A stretch of DNA of 64,000 bases from an uncultured Alphaproteobacteria bacterium (GCA_963717875.1 CAVQXI010000006.1:85892-149891), one strand, 5' to 3'. Positions 21,931 to 32,691 are shown, counted from the first letter of the stretch. Notes: a model not told the origin generated them from the sequence alone. Numbers and translations: made by a program.

Positions 21931-22134
21931 GGGAACACCCTCTGTCTTACGGTCAATGATCAAGAAATCGGCTTATTCGTCTACCGGGCCAGGCGGAAAC
22001 GGGCAAGACCGGCCCGGATAATTTACAACGAAAGAGCCCTCACGGCGGAGGGCTTTGATCCAGGGCAGTTTCGATGATTTTGCCTTGACTTCAATGACTT
22101 AAGTTGTCGAGCCAGCTTCTCGCGGTTCACGGCG

Positions 22135-23340
22135 TCACGCGGGTACCCTTTCGGGCGCGTAGGGCCCGCAGGCCTCCGATGGGGGCGCTACGCCGATTCG
22201 ATCGCCGTCCGCTCTCGCCAGCCGCAGGGCCGCCTCGGCCTCCCGATGCATGCGGGCGAAGTCGGACCCGTGACCGTCGCATGCGGCGATCCCGATCGAC
22301 ACGCTGAACGGAGCGCCGGACACGAGCATTCCTTCCTTGGACAAAGCGGCAAAAATCTTCTCGGCGATCGTCACGGCGCCCTCACTGCCGCAATCCGGCG
22401 CGTAGACCAAGAATTCGTCCCCGAGCCGTCCGCACTGATCGCCATCGCGCAGACTGTCGCGAACAGCTTGAGACGTGCGCGCAAGAACGGCGTCACCGGC
22501 AACATGACCACTCGCGTCATTGATCGTGGTGAGGTTGTTGATGTCGACGAGCAGCATCGCGGTCTTCCCCGCATGCGCTTCCAATGCCTTCTTGACGACC
22601 TCCATGACGCCACGCCGATTGAACAGGCCCGTCAGACTGTCATGAGTTGAAATGTAATGGAGCTCCTGCATGCGGCGCTGCATCGTCGCGTGGTAGCGCG
22701 CCACGAAGTACCCTATCGCCAGCGCCAAAACCAAAGCGGCAGCGAGAGACGCAATGGCAATGGACCGGAAGCGAGCTTCGCGCTGCGCGTAGTACTGCGT
22801 GTCGAAGTCCACGCCGACAAAGCCGCTATAGCGGCCTTGGCTGTCATAGATGGGCACGTGCGCGGTTAGAAAAGTCCCATAGTCGTCCTGCTCGAACTCG
22901 GGAGTGATGTAGGTCTTGCCGGAGGCGATCTGTCTCAGCCAGTCGCCATCATCGTCCTCCTCGACTTCGAATTTCTCCATGTACTCCGATGGCTTCAGCT
23001 TGTGCTTCGTATGCAGGTCCGGCGACTTGGCCGTGTCGAGAACGAAATAGGGAACGCCGCCTCGATCGACCATCGTGTAGACGTAGAAGATGTCTGGGTC
23101 TGCCGAGTGGAACCGCACGAGCGGAGCCACGGCGCGCGCATAGAGTTCGTCGCTATAGTTTTCGGGATTGAGCAACTGACGGTGCAAGTCGCCATCGACG
23201 ACGCTTGCCGCGATCTGCCCGATCTCACCGACATGCGCGCGGAACGTCTCGAGGCGCGCTTCCTTCGACAAATATTGGGGGATGGCGACGATCGCGACGA
23301 GAATGAGCAGCCGCAACAAGGCTCGCAATGCCGAAGACAA
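22135..23340 (-). CDS. Membrane-anchored sensor with a degenerate GGDEF domain
   Basis: Two TMs flanking a Cache-like periplasmic region; DSLTGLFNRR, GHVAGD, RLGDEF (one Gly missing), SVSIG. Confidence 0.85.
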   Translation of the reverse strand: MSSALRALLRLLILVAIVAIPQYLSKEARLETFRAHVGEIGQIAASVVDGDLHRQLLNPENYSDELYARAVAPLVRFHSADPDIFYVYTMVDRGGVPYFVLDTAKSPDLHTKHKLKPSEYMEKFEVEEDDDGDWLRQIASGKTYITPEFEQDDYGTFLTAHVPIYDSQGRYSGFVGVDFDTQYYAQREARFRSIAIASLAAALVLALAIGYFVARYHATMQRRMQELHYISTHDSLTGLFNRRGVMEVVKKALEAHAGKTAMLLVDINNLTTINDASGHVAGDAVLARTSQAVRDSLRDGDQCGRLGDEFLVYAPDCGSEGAVTIAEKIFAALSKEGMLVSGAPFSVSIGIAACDGHGSDFARMHREAEAALRLARADGDRIGVAPPSEACGPYAPERVPA

Positions 23341-23515
23341 GAGGATCTATGTGCCGTCTGGAGGGTATGGGCGCACCGGGGCTGCGGTTTGAACTGCACA
23401 GGCGCGAGCACGGCATGGGCCTTACGGCCTCGACAACGAGACCGGTTCCAATCCACGCTAACGCGCTTGGTTTAGCCAATCGTTACGGCTAACCACACTC
23501 AAACGCCGATATAAA

Positions 23516-25564
23516 TCATGCCGCTTTGGCGCCGCGATGGGCCAAAACCTGGTCCGCCGCCTTGCCGGTGAGCTCGGCCAAATGGTCGGGTTTGGCGTGG
23601 AACGTCCCCACCCCGGCCGTGGCCGAGCGGAGCTCGACGATCAGGTTCTGGATTTCGGCCTCGGGGATATTGGCCTGAACCACGTCCCAACCGGGCCAGC
23701 CGGGGCGCGCATCGAACCCCAGGATCTGCCCCCGATGGGACGACACGATGGAGTTGATGCGCGCCGTGGCCTCCGATGGCACGGCGATCTCGACCGCCAT
23801 GATCGGCTCCAGCAGCACGGGCTGGCATTGCGGCATCCCATCGGTCATGGCGATGCGTCCGGCCTGGCGGAACGCCATGTCGGAGGAATCGACCGAGTGG
23901 TAGGACCCGTCGATGAGGCACACGGCGACATCCACCACCGGGAAGCCGAGCGGCCCCGCGTGCAGATAGTCGCGCACGCCGATCTCGACCGAAGGGATGT
24001 AGTTCTTGGGCACCACGCCGCCGGTGATCTTATCGGAGAACGCGAAGCCCTCGCCCCGCGGCAAGGGTCCGATGGTCACCACCACGTCGCCGAACTGCCC
24101 GTGGCCGCCCGATTGCTTCTTGTGGCGCCCGCGTACCTCCGTCGATTTGCGGATGGTCTCCTTGTAAGGGATGTGCCGCGGATGCGTGGCGGCGTCGATG
24201 CCGTATTTGCGAATGAGCCGCTCCAGCGCCACGCGCAAATGCATCTCGCCCTGCCCCCACAGCACCATCTGTCCCATATCCTGGTCGTGGGTGATGGAGA
24301 GTGATGGGTCCTCCTCGACGATCTTGGCGATGGCCGCGGTGAGCTTCACCTCATCCTTTTTCTCCTTGGCCTCGATGGCGAGACCGAACACCGGCTCGGA
24401 GATCTCCGCCGGCTCGATCTTGGCCGGCGCGCCCTTCTCGGTGGAGAGCGTGTCACCGGTCATGACGCCTTCGAGCCGGCCAAAGGCCACCGTGTCACCG
24501 GGCTCGGCCGCGTCGCGCTTCACCGGCTCCTGGCCCAAGAGGCTGAACACGCCGGCGATACGCTCCTCGCTCTCGCCGCCATAGACGGAGTCGCCGTCGG
24601 CGAACTTGCCGGCGAGAATGCGCGCGAGCGACAGCTTGCCTCCATGGGCGGTGTGGAACGTTTTCATCACGTAGGCGCAAGAGGCCGCGTCGGCCACGCC
24701 GAGCCGCTCTGCCGTCTCGCTGACGAACGGCGCTTCGTGGCGCAGCGCCTTCAACAAGCGCAAGATGCCGTTGCCATTCTCCGCCGAACCGAGCAGCACG
24801 GGGCAGATCAGCCCGTCGCGCAGCTCCGTGGCAAGGTCGTCGAATACCTTGTCGCGCGGCGGCGGCACATCCTCCAACAACTGCTCCATCAGCTCGTCGT
24901 CATAGTCGGCGAGCTGCTCCAGCATGGAAAACCTTGCATCCTTCTCGCGGTCGGCGAGCGTCGCCGGAATCTCGATCACCTCGCTCGTCGCATGCTCGCG
25001 ATAGACATGGGCGCGCTCCAGCGCGAGGTCGATGAAGCCGGTGACGATGTTGTTCTCCCAGATCGGCACCTGGCGCAGCACGAGCGGCTTGGTCGAGGCG
25101 GGCTGCAACATCGGCACGATGTCGCGCACGCGCGCCTCAGCCTTGTCGATCTTGTTGAGGAACAGGAAGTGGGGAACGCCGCGGTCCTCGAGCTGCTTGA
25201 GGATGAGCTGGAGCGCCGGGACCTTCTTCTCGTCCGGCTCGCACACCACGACAGCGGCGTCGCAGGCGGTGAGCACGTTGGCGGCATCGGCCTGAAACTC
25301 GATGGAGCCCGGGCAATCGAGGAAGGTGAAACTGTCGCCGAGGAAATCGACTTCTGCCACGTTGAGCTCGACGCTCATGCCGTGATCGCGGGCTTCTTCC
25401 GAGGCGTCGCCGACCGTATTCTTGGCGGCGGTGGAGCCCTGCCGGTTGATGGCGCCGGTCCGCGCCAGGATGGATTCAAGGAGTGTCGTCTTACCGCTGA
25501 GATAGGGGCCAACCAGTGCGATGCAGCGGGCGCTGCGGGCTGGTTGGCCCTGCGCTTGGCCCAT
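23516..25564 (-). CDS. fusA: Elongation factor G paralog (EF-G2-like)
   Basis: GPYLSGKT, DCPG, NKID, GQGEMHL, YKETI, KKQSGGHGQF, HSVDSSDMAF; not in a str operon. Confidence 0.9.
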   Translation of the reverse strand: MGQAQGQPARSARCIALVGPYLSGKTTLLESILARTGAINRQGSTAAKNTVGDASEEARDHGMSVELNVAEVDFLGDSFTFLDCPGSIEFQADAANVLTACDAAVVVCEPDEKKVPALQLILKQLEDRGVPHFLFLNKIDKAEARVRDIVPMLQPASTKPLVLRQVPIWENNIVTGFIDLALERAHVYREHATSEVIEIPATLADREKDARFSMLEQLADYDDELMEQLLEDVPPPRDKVFDDLATELRDGLICPVLLGSAENGNGILRLLKALRHEAPFVSETAERLGVADAASCAYVMKTFHTAHGGKLSLARILAGKFADGDSVYGGESEERIAGVFSLLGQEPVKRDAAEPGDTVAFGRLEGVMTGDTLSTEKGAPAKIEPAEISEPVFGLAIEAKEKKDEVKLTAAIAKIVEEDPSLSITHDQDMGQMVLWGQGEMHLRVALERLIRKYGIDAATHPRHIPYKETIRKSTEVRGRHKKQSGGHGQFGDVVVTIGPLPRGEGFAFSDKITGGVVPKNYIPSVEIGVRDYLHAGPLGFPVVDVAVCLIDGSYHSVDSSDMAFRQAGRIAMTDGMPQCQPVLLEPIMAVEIAVPSEATARINSIVSSHRGQILGFDARPGWPGWDVVQANIPEAEIQNLIVELRSATAGVGTFHAKPDHLAELTGKAADQVLAHRGAKAA

Positions 25565-25761
25565 GTTCTCCTCCCTAACTAAACGCCGCAGGAAGGGCCG
25601 CTTTTCGGCTCTTCTCCCCCCTGCGCGAGCCTTAATGACGCTATCGTGTCAAGCTGAGGGCCCTCTGGCAAGGCCCCCGATTCGGGACGCGACACGCCGC
25701 CCTCAACTGGTTGTTCCGATCCTCTTCCAGTATGGTGGCGCCCTCACGAAAGAGGGATTCC

Positions 25762-26286
25762 ATGCGTCTTGTTTCCGGCTGCCTGCTGATGGCCTTGGTT
25801 TGCGTGTTGTCGGTGGTTCTTTGGGGCGGAAACGCCTCGGCGCTCACGCCCGTTGCCGCGCCGTCAGCGCCGCAACCCCTGGTCCACGACGCCAAGATCG
25901 TTTGTGGCGATTTTGGCGAGGGATACACGTGCAGGAGGGAATCCGGCACCGTCCGGAGGAGCGGAAAAGCGCCGAAAGTTCCGGGGAGCAGTTCAGGCAG
26001 CTCCGGCGGCGGCCTTTTCGGCGGCGGTAGTGACGACCCGGACGCCCTCCCGCCTGCTCCGGGCGATACGGGAACCAGCACCCAAGCGCCGCCCGCGGCG
26101 CCTGCGACCTGTCCCGCCAATTCCGAGCTGCTGGGCGGGCACTGCATTCCCTTCACCCAGCGCTGCACCAACGGTATTCCGCCGGCGAGCTACCCGCCGC
26201 AATGCCGGGGGGAGGAGAAGCAGGTGTGCAACTTCCACCCCGACGGCTCCAAGGATTGCTGCTGCCGAACCTACAGCAAGTACTAG
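25762..26286 (+). CDS. Secreted Cys-rich hypothetical protein
   Basis: Signal peptide, Gly/Ser/Pro linker, 10 Cys in the mature part ending DCCCRTYSKY; AGAGGGA RBS. Confidence 0.7.
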   Translation: MRLVSGCLLMALVCVLSVVLWGGNASALTPVAAPSAPQPLVHDAKIVCGDFGEGYTCRRESGTVRRSGKAPKVPGSSSGSSGGGLFGGGSDDPDALPPAPGDTGTSTQAPPAAPATCPANSELLGGHCIPFTQRCTNGIPPASYPPQCRGEEKQVCNFHPDGSKDCCCRTYSKY

Positions 26287-26708
26287 CGGTCTTTGGCCGC
26301 GTCTTCCGTGTGCGGCCCGAGCGGCTGGCCGTACGAGAACTCGATGATATAGCCGGTCGGGTCCTTGACCCCGCAGAGATAACCCGTGGGCGGGGCGTAG
26401 TCGCGCGGCGCCCAATGCAGCAGCCCATCCTTGCGTGCGCGTTCGGCAATCCTGTCGATGTCCTCGCGCGAGGCCACGCCGAACCCGTAATGGGTCATGT
26501 CCTCCTCGTCTTGCACGCGCTTCGGTCCGCCGCCGAGCAGCACGAGGACGAACGCATCCTCCGCGCCGGGCGTGGCGAGCCACACCACGCGGCTTTTGCC
26601 TTCGCCGTGCTCCTTGACGATCTTCAGTCCGCAATAGGTCTCGTAGAAGGCGATCGACTGATCGAGGTCCGCCACATGCAACGCGCAGTGGGTGAACGCC
26701 GGGATCAT
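26283..26708 (-). CDS. VOC / glyoxalase family protein
   Basis: THCALHVADLDQSIAFY, HYGF, DPTGYIIEFSYGQ. Confidence 0.9.
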   Translation of the reverse strand: MIPAFTHCALHVADLDQSIAFYETYCGLKIVKEHGEGKSRVVWLATPGAEDAFVLVLLGGGPKRVQDEEDMTHYGFGVASREDIDRIAERARKDGLLHWAPRDYAPPTGYLCGVKDPTGYIIEFSYGQPLGPHTEDAAKDR

Positions 26709-27622
26709 CGCTCGGGCCACGCCCCACGGACCGCGTCGAGCACGCGATCGAAGCCGCCGAACACCCAATAGTGGCCCGCGCCCTCGATGACCTCAAGCCG
26801 GCAGTCCGGCAGTGCACCGGCGAGGTGATAGGCGGCGTCCGGCGGCACGATGGTGTCCTCGCTGCCTTGCCACATGATCATCGGCACGTCGATCTCGTGA
26901 AGCGGCAGGTCCCACGGTCCGCAATAGAGCCGAAGATCCTGCAGCGCACCCTCCACCCCCGAGCGGAAGCCTTCCCTGAGCGCAGCCTGGAGATTGGCCC
27001 TGACCTCGGCATGGTGCAGGATCTCTCGGTCGGTGGCCGTCACGCGCTGCATGAGAAGGTGATAAGCCACGCCGGGCGCCCAGTCGACCAGGCTCCGCAG
27101 CGTGTGGAAGAAGGCGCCCGCCGCATATTCGGACGGCGCCATGTGCGTGAAGATGAACCGGTGCAGAGACGACATGCGGATGTGCTCGCCGCACTCGGCG
27201 ATGGGGCCGACGGGCCCGATCAGCGCCATCCGCAGGATTTGCTCCTTGAGCAGCGCCGCCGCGGCAATAGCATGAGGCCCGCCGCCCGAGACGCCGATCA
27301 GTGCGAAACGGTCAAGTCCGAGCGCGTCGGCAAGCGCCTTTACGTCATGGGCGGTGTCTGCGAGCGTGTCGAAGTGGTGACGGTCGGAAAGCCCATAGCC
27401 CGGCCGCTCAGGCGCGATGATGCGCAAGCCCCGCGCCCGCGCCCCCTCGTCCGTCAGCGCGAACATGAAGCGCGAGCCCGGCGTGCCGTGCAGTGCGATC
27501 GCCGGGAGACCGTCCGGATCGCCGTATTCGGCGTAGCCGATCAGACGGCCGCCCGGGAGCTGGTGGACCTGGGAGGTCCGGTCCGTTGCGCTCGATCTTT
27601 CCGCTGTGACGATGGTGTCCAT
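26705..27622 (-). CDS. Alpha/beta fold hydrolase
   Basis: HGTPGSR, RPGYG, nucleophile GVSGG, GSED, GAGH. Confidence 0.92.
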   Translation of the reverse strand: MDTIVTAERSSATDRTSQVHQLPGGRLIGYAEYGDPDGLPAIALHGTPGSRFMFALTDEGARARGLRIIAPERPGYGLSDRHHFDTLADTAHDVKALADALGLDRFALIGVSGGGPHAIAAAALLKEQILRMALIGPVGPIAECGEHIRMSSLHRFIFTHMAPSEYAAGAFFHTLRSLVDWAPGVAYHLLMQRVTATDREILHHAEVRANLQAALREGFRSGVEGALQDLRLYCGPWDLPLHEIDVPMIMWQGSEDTIVPPDAAYHLAGALPDCRLEVIEGAGHYWVFGGFDRVLDAVRGAWPER

Positions 27623-27673
27623 AGCTCCTCGAGGAGGGCCGCAAGCCCCGCCTCCGAGGCTAAGCCAAAAGGC

Positions 27674-27892
27674 CTATTCGCAGCCGATCATGATGTCGAC
27701 GGGATTGATGATCAGCGCCACCGTCTTACCCTCGAAAAGCCCGAGCGTTTCCAGAGAGGCGATGGTGACGCTCACCTCGACCATGGTGTCTCCGGCGATC
27801 TGCACGTAGACGATGGCGGTCACGGCGCCCTTGCGGATCTCCATGATCTTGCCTTCGATCTGGTTGGCCGTGCTGAGCTTGGAGAATTTCAT
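27674..27892 (-). CDS. Single TOBE-domain protein (Mop / molbindin-like)
   Basis: S.ANQIEGKI.EI.KGAV.A.V...T.AS...LGL..G..V. Confidence 0.8.
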   Translation of the reverse strand: MKFSKLSTANQIEGKIMEIRKGAVTAIVYVQIAGDTMVEVSVTIASLETLGLFEGKTVALIINPVDIMIGCE

Positions 27893-27931
27893 GGCTCACC
27901 CTCTCGCAGTTCGCGCAGATTATAGACCGGA

Positions 27932-29278
<1,347 letters not shown>

Positions 29279-29421
29279 TTAGGCAGGCGACGCCGATTCG
29301 CGCGTCCTCAATTGCGCCACACATATGGCAGGGATCCCGGTCACGGGGCCACATTGCGGTTAAGCCCGCGCCCCATTGACATGATTCATTAACCCTCGTG
29401 CTGAGCATCGAGGGCTGATCG

Positions 29422-29911
29422 ATGATCTTGCGACGCCTTGCGCCGGGCTTCTCTAAGCCACTGGTACATTTATCCCTTCTCACTCTGATCGTGGTTGCCA
29501 CGGCGGCGCTTCCGGACCTCTTGGCGCGAGCTGAGCCGGCGCCGGCCGCCGAAGCGAAGCTCGTCGGACGCCGCCAAATCCCTGCCAGATGGCGACCTTG
29601 TGACCAGGACGGAACTGCCGCTGAACCTTTCAGAAGGCCGGGTCTATGATAATGTCTATGGGCGCCCGGCCGCGGGTGGGCTGCGGGAAGCGAACGCTGC
29701 TGCGCTCACACCGCGGATGACGGGCGTGACGCAGCCCCAAACGACCTCCTCGGAGGTCTCCGGGGCGGCGCCATCGACCTCGAACGGCCAGAAAAGGCAA
29801 ATCGGAATGTTCAGCCTTCTACTCATCATCCTAAGCGCGGTGACGCTGCTTTGGTGGCGTCACCACCGCCGCGACTATGCCTCCCCGCGGCGGATTGGGA
29901 GGAGGATCTGA
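29422..29911 (+). CDS. Miniature sortase-target-like membrane protein, +1 frameshift near 29560
   Basis: N-terminal hydrophobic signal; TELPLNLSEG..YDNVYG; GVTQPQT (LPQT-like); C-terminal TM plus basic tail WWRHHRR. Confidence 0.55.
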
Positions 29912-30576
29912 TGCCGAAACGGGGGTCGGTGCAGTTCCTCCTCCTTTCTTTCCGCCCGCGCGCGACGCGCTGGCTGGGACTGGGGGCCGTTGCCGTTGCT
30001 CTTCTTCTCTTGGGCTTGGTTCAGCTGAGAGAGCAGTTGCCGGTCCTCGCTAAGACCGGGCTCTCGCAAGCCCTTCGCCAGAGCGCCTGGGAACAGGCGC
30101 TTGCCGGCCAATCGAAAGCCGAACGCTGGCCTTGGGAAGACGTGTCCGCGAACATGTCGCTCGCGCCGACGGCGAACGTGCCGCGGCTCGGCCTCAGCGC
30201 CGCCGTGCTCAAGCACGACGCCGACCAGCCGAAATCGGCATCAATCGAATCGTCAATCGAACCGCGGCGCACCGCACACGCGAAGGCCGACAAAGATCCC
30301 GCTGCGCTCGGCGACGTGGCGATCAGCGACGTGACCATCGGCGACAGCATCACCTTCACCGCGGCCGACGGCGCAACCTGCGTCTATCGGGTCACCGGGC
30401 GCCGCGTGGTGGACCCCCACCTCGCCGATGGCGAGGCGGAACGCGCCGCTGGCGGGACCTCCCCGTTCACTTGCAGCCCGCTCAACCGCCTCATCCTTCA
30501 AGCGACCCAAGGCGCTCTGACTGGGAGCAAGCCGGCGCCCGCACCGCAAGCTACCGACAACCAGCAGAAGCTGTAG
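29911..30576 (+). CDS. Degenerate proteobacterial (class GN-like) sortase homolog
   Basis: AK..LSQ.L...AW..ALAG, WPWED, VPRLG, GDSITF...DG....YRVTG.RVVD, TCSP; the AHRDTHF His motif is absent. Confidence 0.65.
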   Translation: MPKRGSVQFLLLSFRPRATRWLGLGAVAVALLLLGLVQLREQLPVLAKTGLSQALRQSAWEQALAGQSKAERWPWEDVSANMSLAPTANVPRLGLSAAVLKHDADQPKSASIESSIEPRRTAHAKADKDPAALGDVAISDVTIGDSITFTAADGATCVYRVTGRRVVDPHLADGEAERAAGGTSPFTCSPLNRLILQATQGALTGSKPAPAPQATDNQQKL

Positions 30577-30606
30577 ACAGCAATCCTCTGAGAACGGGCT
30601 TTGCCC

Positions 30607-31311
30607 CTATCGGCGCCGCGGCGGCGGTGGCGGCGTATTCGTCGCAGGCGCGGCGTCCGCGGCGGGCGCTTGCGCTGGGGTCCGCGGCACCGCGGTCTCG
30701 CCAGGCATAGCCTCCGGCACGGAGTTTCCTTGCGCCTCAGGCGCGGCTTGCGGGACCACAGCGGGCTGGGTGATCGGCTTGCGATCCGCCTCCACCTTGG
30801 CTCTCAGCTTGTCGAGGCCGACGGCGTACTCCGCCCCGATGAAGCTGTCGAGCATCAGCGCCTTCCACCGCTTGGCCGGGCTCGACCCCGTGTCGTAGCC
30901 GAAGGTCCACGTAACCTTGCTGCCGGCGCCGGACGGCGTGAGCTCGTAGGAGCTCGTGCCCTCAAGCCCGTTGTAGTTGGCCGCCACATTCATGCTGTGC
31001 GACGGGTTCGTCTCGACGATCTCCATGCTGCCGGTACCGACAGACGGCTGCTCGCTCGCCCACTCGATCTTGGCGCCCGTGCCTTCCGGCGGCCCCGAGA
31101 AGGTCACCTTCATATTGGGGTCCCGAGCCGACCACGGCGACCAGTCCGGAAACCGCCGGAGATTATTGAGGTAGGGGTAGATCGCGTGTTCCGGCGCGTT
31201 GATCACCACGGACCGCGCCACGGTCACGTGCGCCGGAAGTCCCAGCGCAACCGCCGCCAGAATGAGAACGAGAGCACCAAGCCCAAGGATCAGCCGCATC
31301 AATGGCCCCAT
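30607..31311 (-). CDS. SRPBCC / polyketide cyclase family protein with Pro/Ala-rich tail
   Basis: N-terminal TM, VARSVVINAP, WSPW, G..GTGA..EW, IG.EY..GL..L. Confidence 0.88.
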   Translation of the reverse strand: MGPLMRLILGLGALVLILAAVALGLPAHVTVARSVVINAPEHAIYPYLNNLRRFPDWSPWSARDPNMKVTFSGPPEGTGAKIEWASEQPSVGTGSMEIVETNPSHSMNVAANYNGLEGTSSYELTPSGAGSKVTWTFGYDTGSSPAKRWKALMLDSFIGAEYAVGLDKLRAKVEADRKPITQPAVVPQAAPEAQGNSVPEAMPGETAVPRTPAQAPAADAAPATNTPPPPPRRR

Positions 31312-31441
31312 CACACCGTCTCCTTATCCTCGGCTTTGAGCCCCCCGAGACACCGGGCTATCGTGCGCCAGCTACCCAAACGCCTCGCTTTTTCACAGAA
31401 AACGATTACAGTCCGCTCGTCAACAAGAGGGAGGGCTGAGG

Positions 31442-31612
31442 ATGAGTCTGTCACCACCGACAACCGTCGTCTTCGTGGTTTCGATTATTCTGGCGGCGTT
31501 GGCCATCATCGGCGCGTTCGTGCCGATTCCGTTTATCACCGAGCACGGTTTCTGGGTCGCCGTGGTCGCGTATGTGATTCTCGCCTGCGGCAATATCTTC
31601 AGAGGCTTCTAG
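31442..31612 (+). CDS. 56-aa two-TM small membrane protein
   Basis: MSLSPPTTVVFVVSIILAALAIIGAFVPIPFITEHGFWVAVVAYVILACGNIFRGF; GGAGG RBS; below the ORF-track cutoff. Confidence 0.75.
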   Translation: MSLSPPTTVVFVVSIILAALAIIGAFVPIPFITEHGFWVAVVAYVILACGNIFRGF

Positions 31613-31775
31613 CCTCGCATGGCCTCCCGGCGGGTGCGATCCCCTCCGGAGGCCATTCCCCGGCTCGATCGGGGAAATCCTCGCAAAACATCGTCGGCAT
31701 ATGCACCGGCGCGCCTTTGAGAGGCGTCGGCAGCCGCAGCGCTTTCTGTTGTGGAGGAAGGGTGTCGGGGAAGAT

Positions 31776-31810
31776 AAAAAAGGAAGGGCCGGCGCATCGG
31801 CCGGCCCTCC
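31776..31810 (-). terminator. Rho-independent terminator of the histone-like gene
   Basis: AGGGCCGGC / GCCGGCCCT stem followed by a T-run on the minus strand. Confidence 0.7.
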
Positions 31811-31817
31811 TGTCTAT

Positions 31818-32691
31818 CTAGTCGTCGTCATCTCTCGCCCATGACGGCCGGTAAGGCTGCGGGCTCGGAGTCGAGCTCGGCGTCGACGGACGCGGCGTGC
31901 CGAATCCGGGCGAACCGCCCATCGGACTTGCCGGACGAGGCGCCATGCCACCCATGCCGCCCGACGGCGGAGCCATCGGCCGAGGGGTGGGCTGAGGCAT
32001 CGGCGGTGCCGGCCTCACCGGCGCGGCGGCCATAGGCCTTGGCGCTGGTGCAACTGGCTTCGGCTTGGCCACGGTAGCCGGCTTCGGCATTGCTGCCGGC
32101 TTACGCTTCGCCGCCGTCTTACGCTTTGCTGCGGATTTGGCTGCCGGCTTGCGAGCCGGCGCCCTTCGCGCAGATTTCTTTGCCGCCGACTTCCGAGCAG
32201 TCTTCCGGCGTGAGGTCGACCGGCGAGCCGTGCTCTTACGCGCGGCAGGCCGCTTGGCAGCCGAACGGCGCGCGGTCTTGCGAGCCGCACCCCGCCGTGC
32301 GGTCGAGCGACGCGCGGCCGGCCGTCTTGCGGCCTTCCGAGCCGTCTTGCGCGCGGTCTTCCGAGCCGTCTTGCGCGCTGGCCGCCTTGCGGTCTTGCGA
32401 GCGGTCTTCCGAGCCGTCTTGCGAGCGGTCTTCCGCGCTGGCCGCCTTGCGGTCTTGCGAGCGCGTCTTGCGCGCGGTCTTCCGTGCGGTTTTCCGCGCT
32501 GCCGGCCGTCTTGCGGTTTTGCGAGCGGTCTTGCGAGCCGCCTTCCGAACCGTCTTGCGCGCAGTCTTCCGCGCTGCCGGCCGTCTTGCGGTCTTGCGCG
32601 CAGTCTTCCGCTTGGCGGCCGTACGGCGCGCCGGACTCTTGCGTGCAGTTGTCTTCTTCCTAGTCGTCGTGCGTTTCTTCCCAGTAGCCAT
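31818..32691 (-). CDS. Histone H1-like Lys/Arg/Ala-rich repeat protein with Pro-rich tail, +1 frameshift near 32463
   Basis: MATGKKRTTTRKK..(KTAR)n..RPAARKTAR; one 12-nt unit has 13 nt; the corrected frame runs into MPKPATVAKPKP...WARDDDD. Confidence 0.75.
32260..32610. repeat. Imperfect 12-nt coding tandem repeat (GCGGTCTTSCGH) encoding KTAR
   Basis: Direct inspection of 32270-32610. Confidence 0.85.

Noticed and set aside
22055-22068. TTGATCCAGGGCAG FixK-like site upstream of the aminotransferase
   Set aside because: Right half is imperfect, spacing to the best -10 is off, and it overlaps a terminator-like hairpin (AGCCCTC/GAGGGCT).
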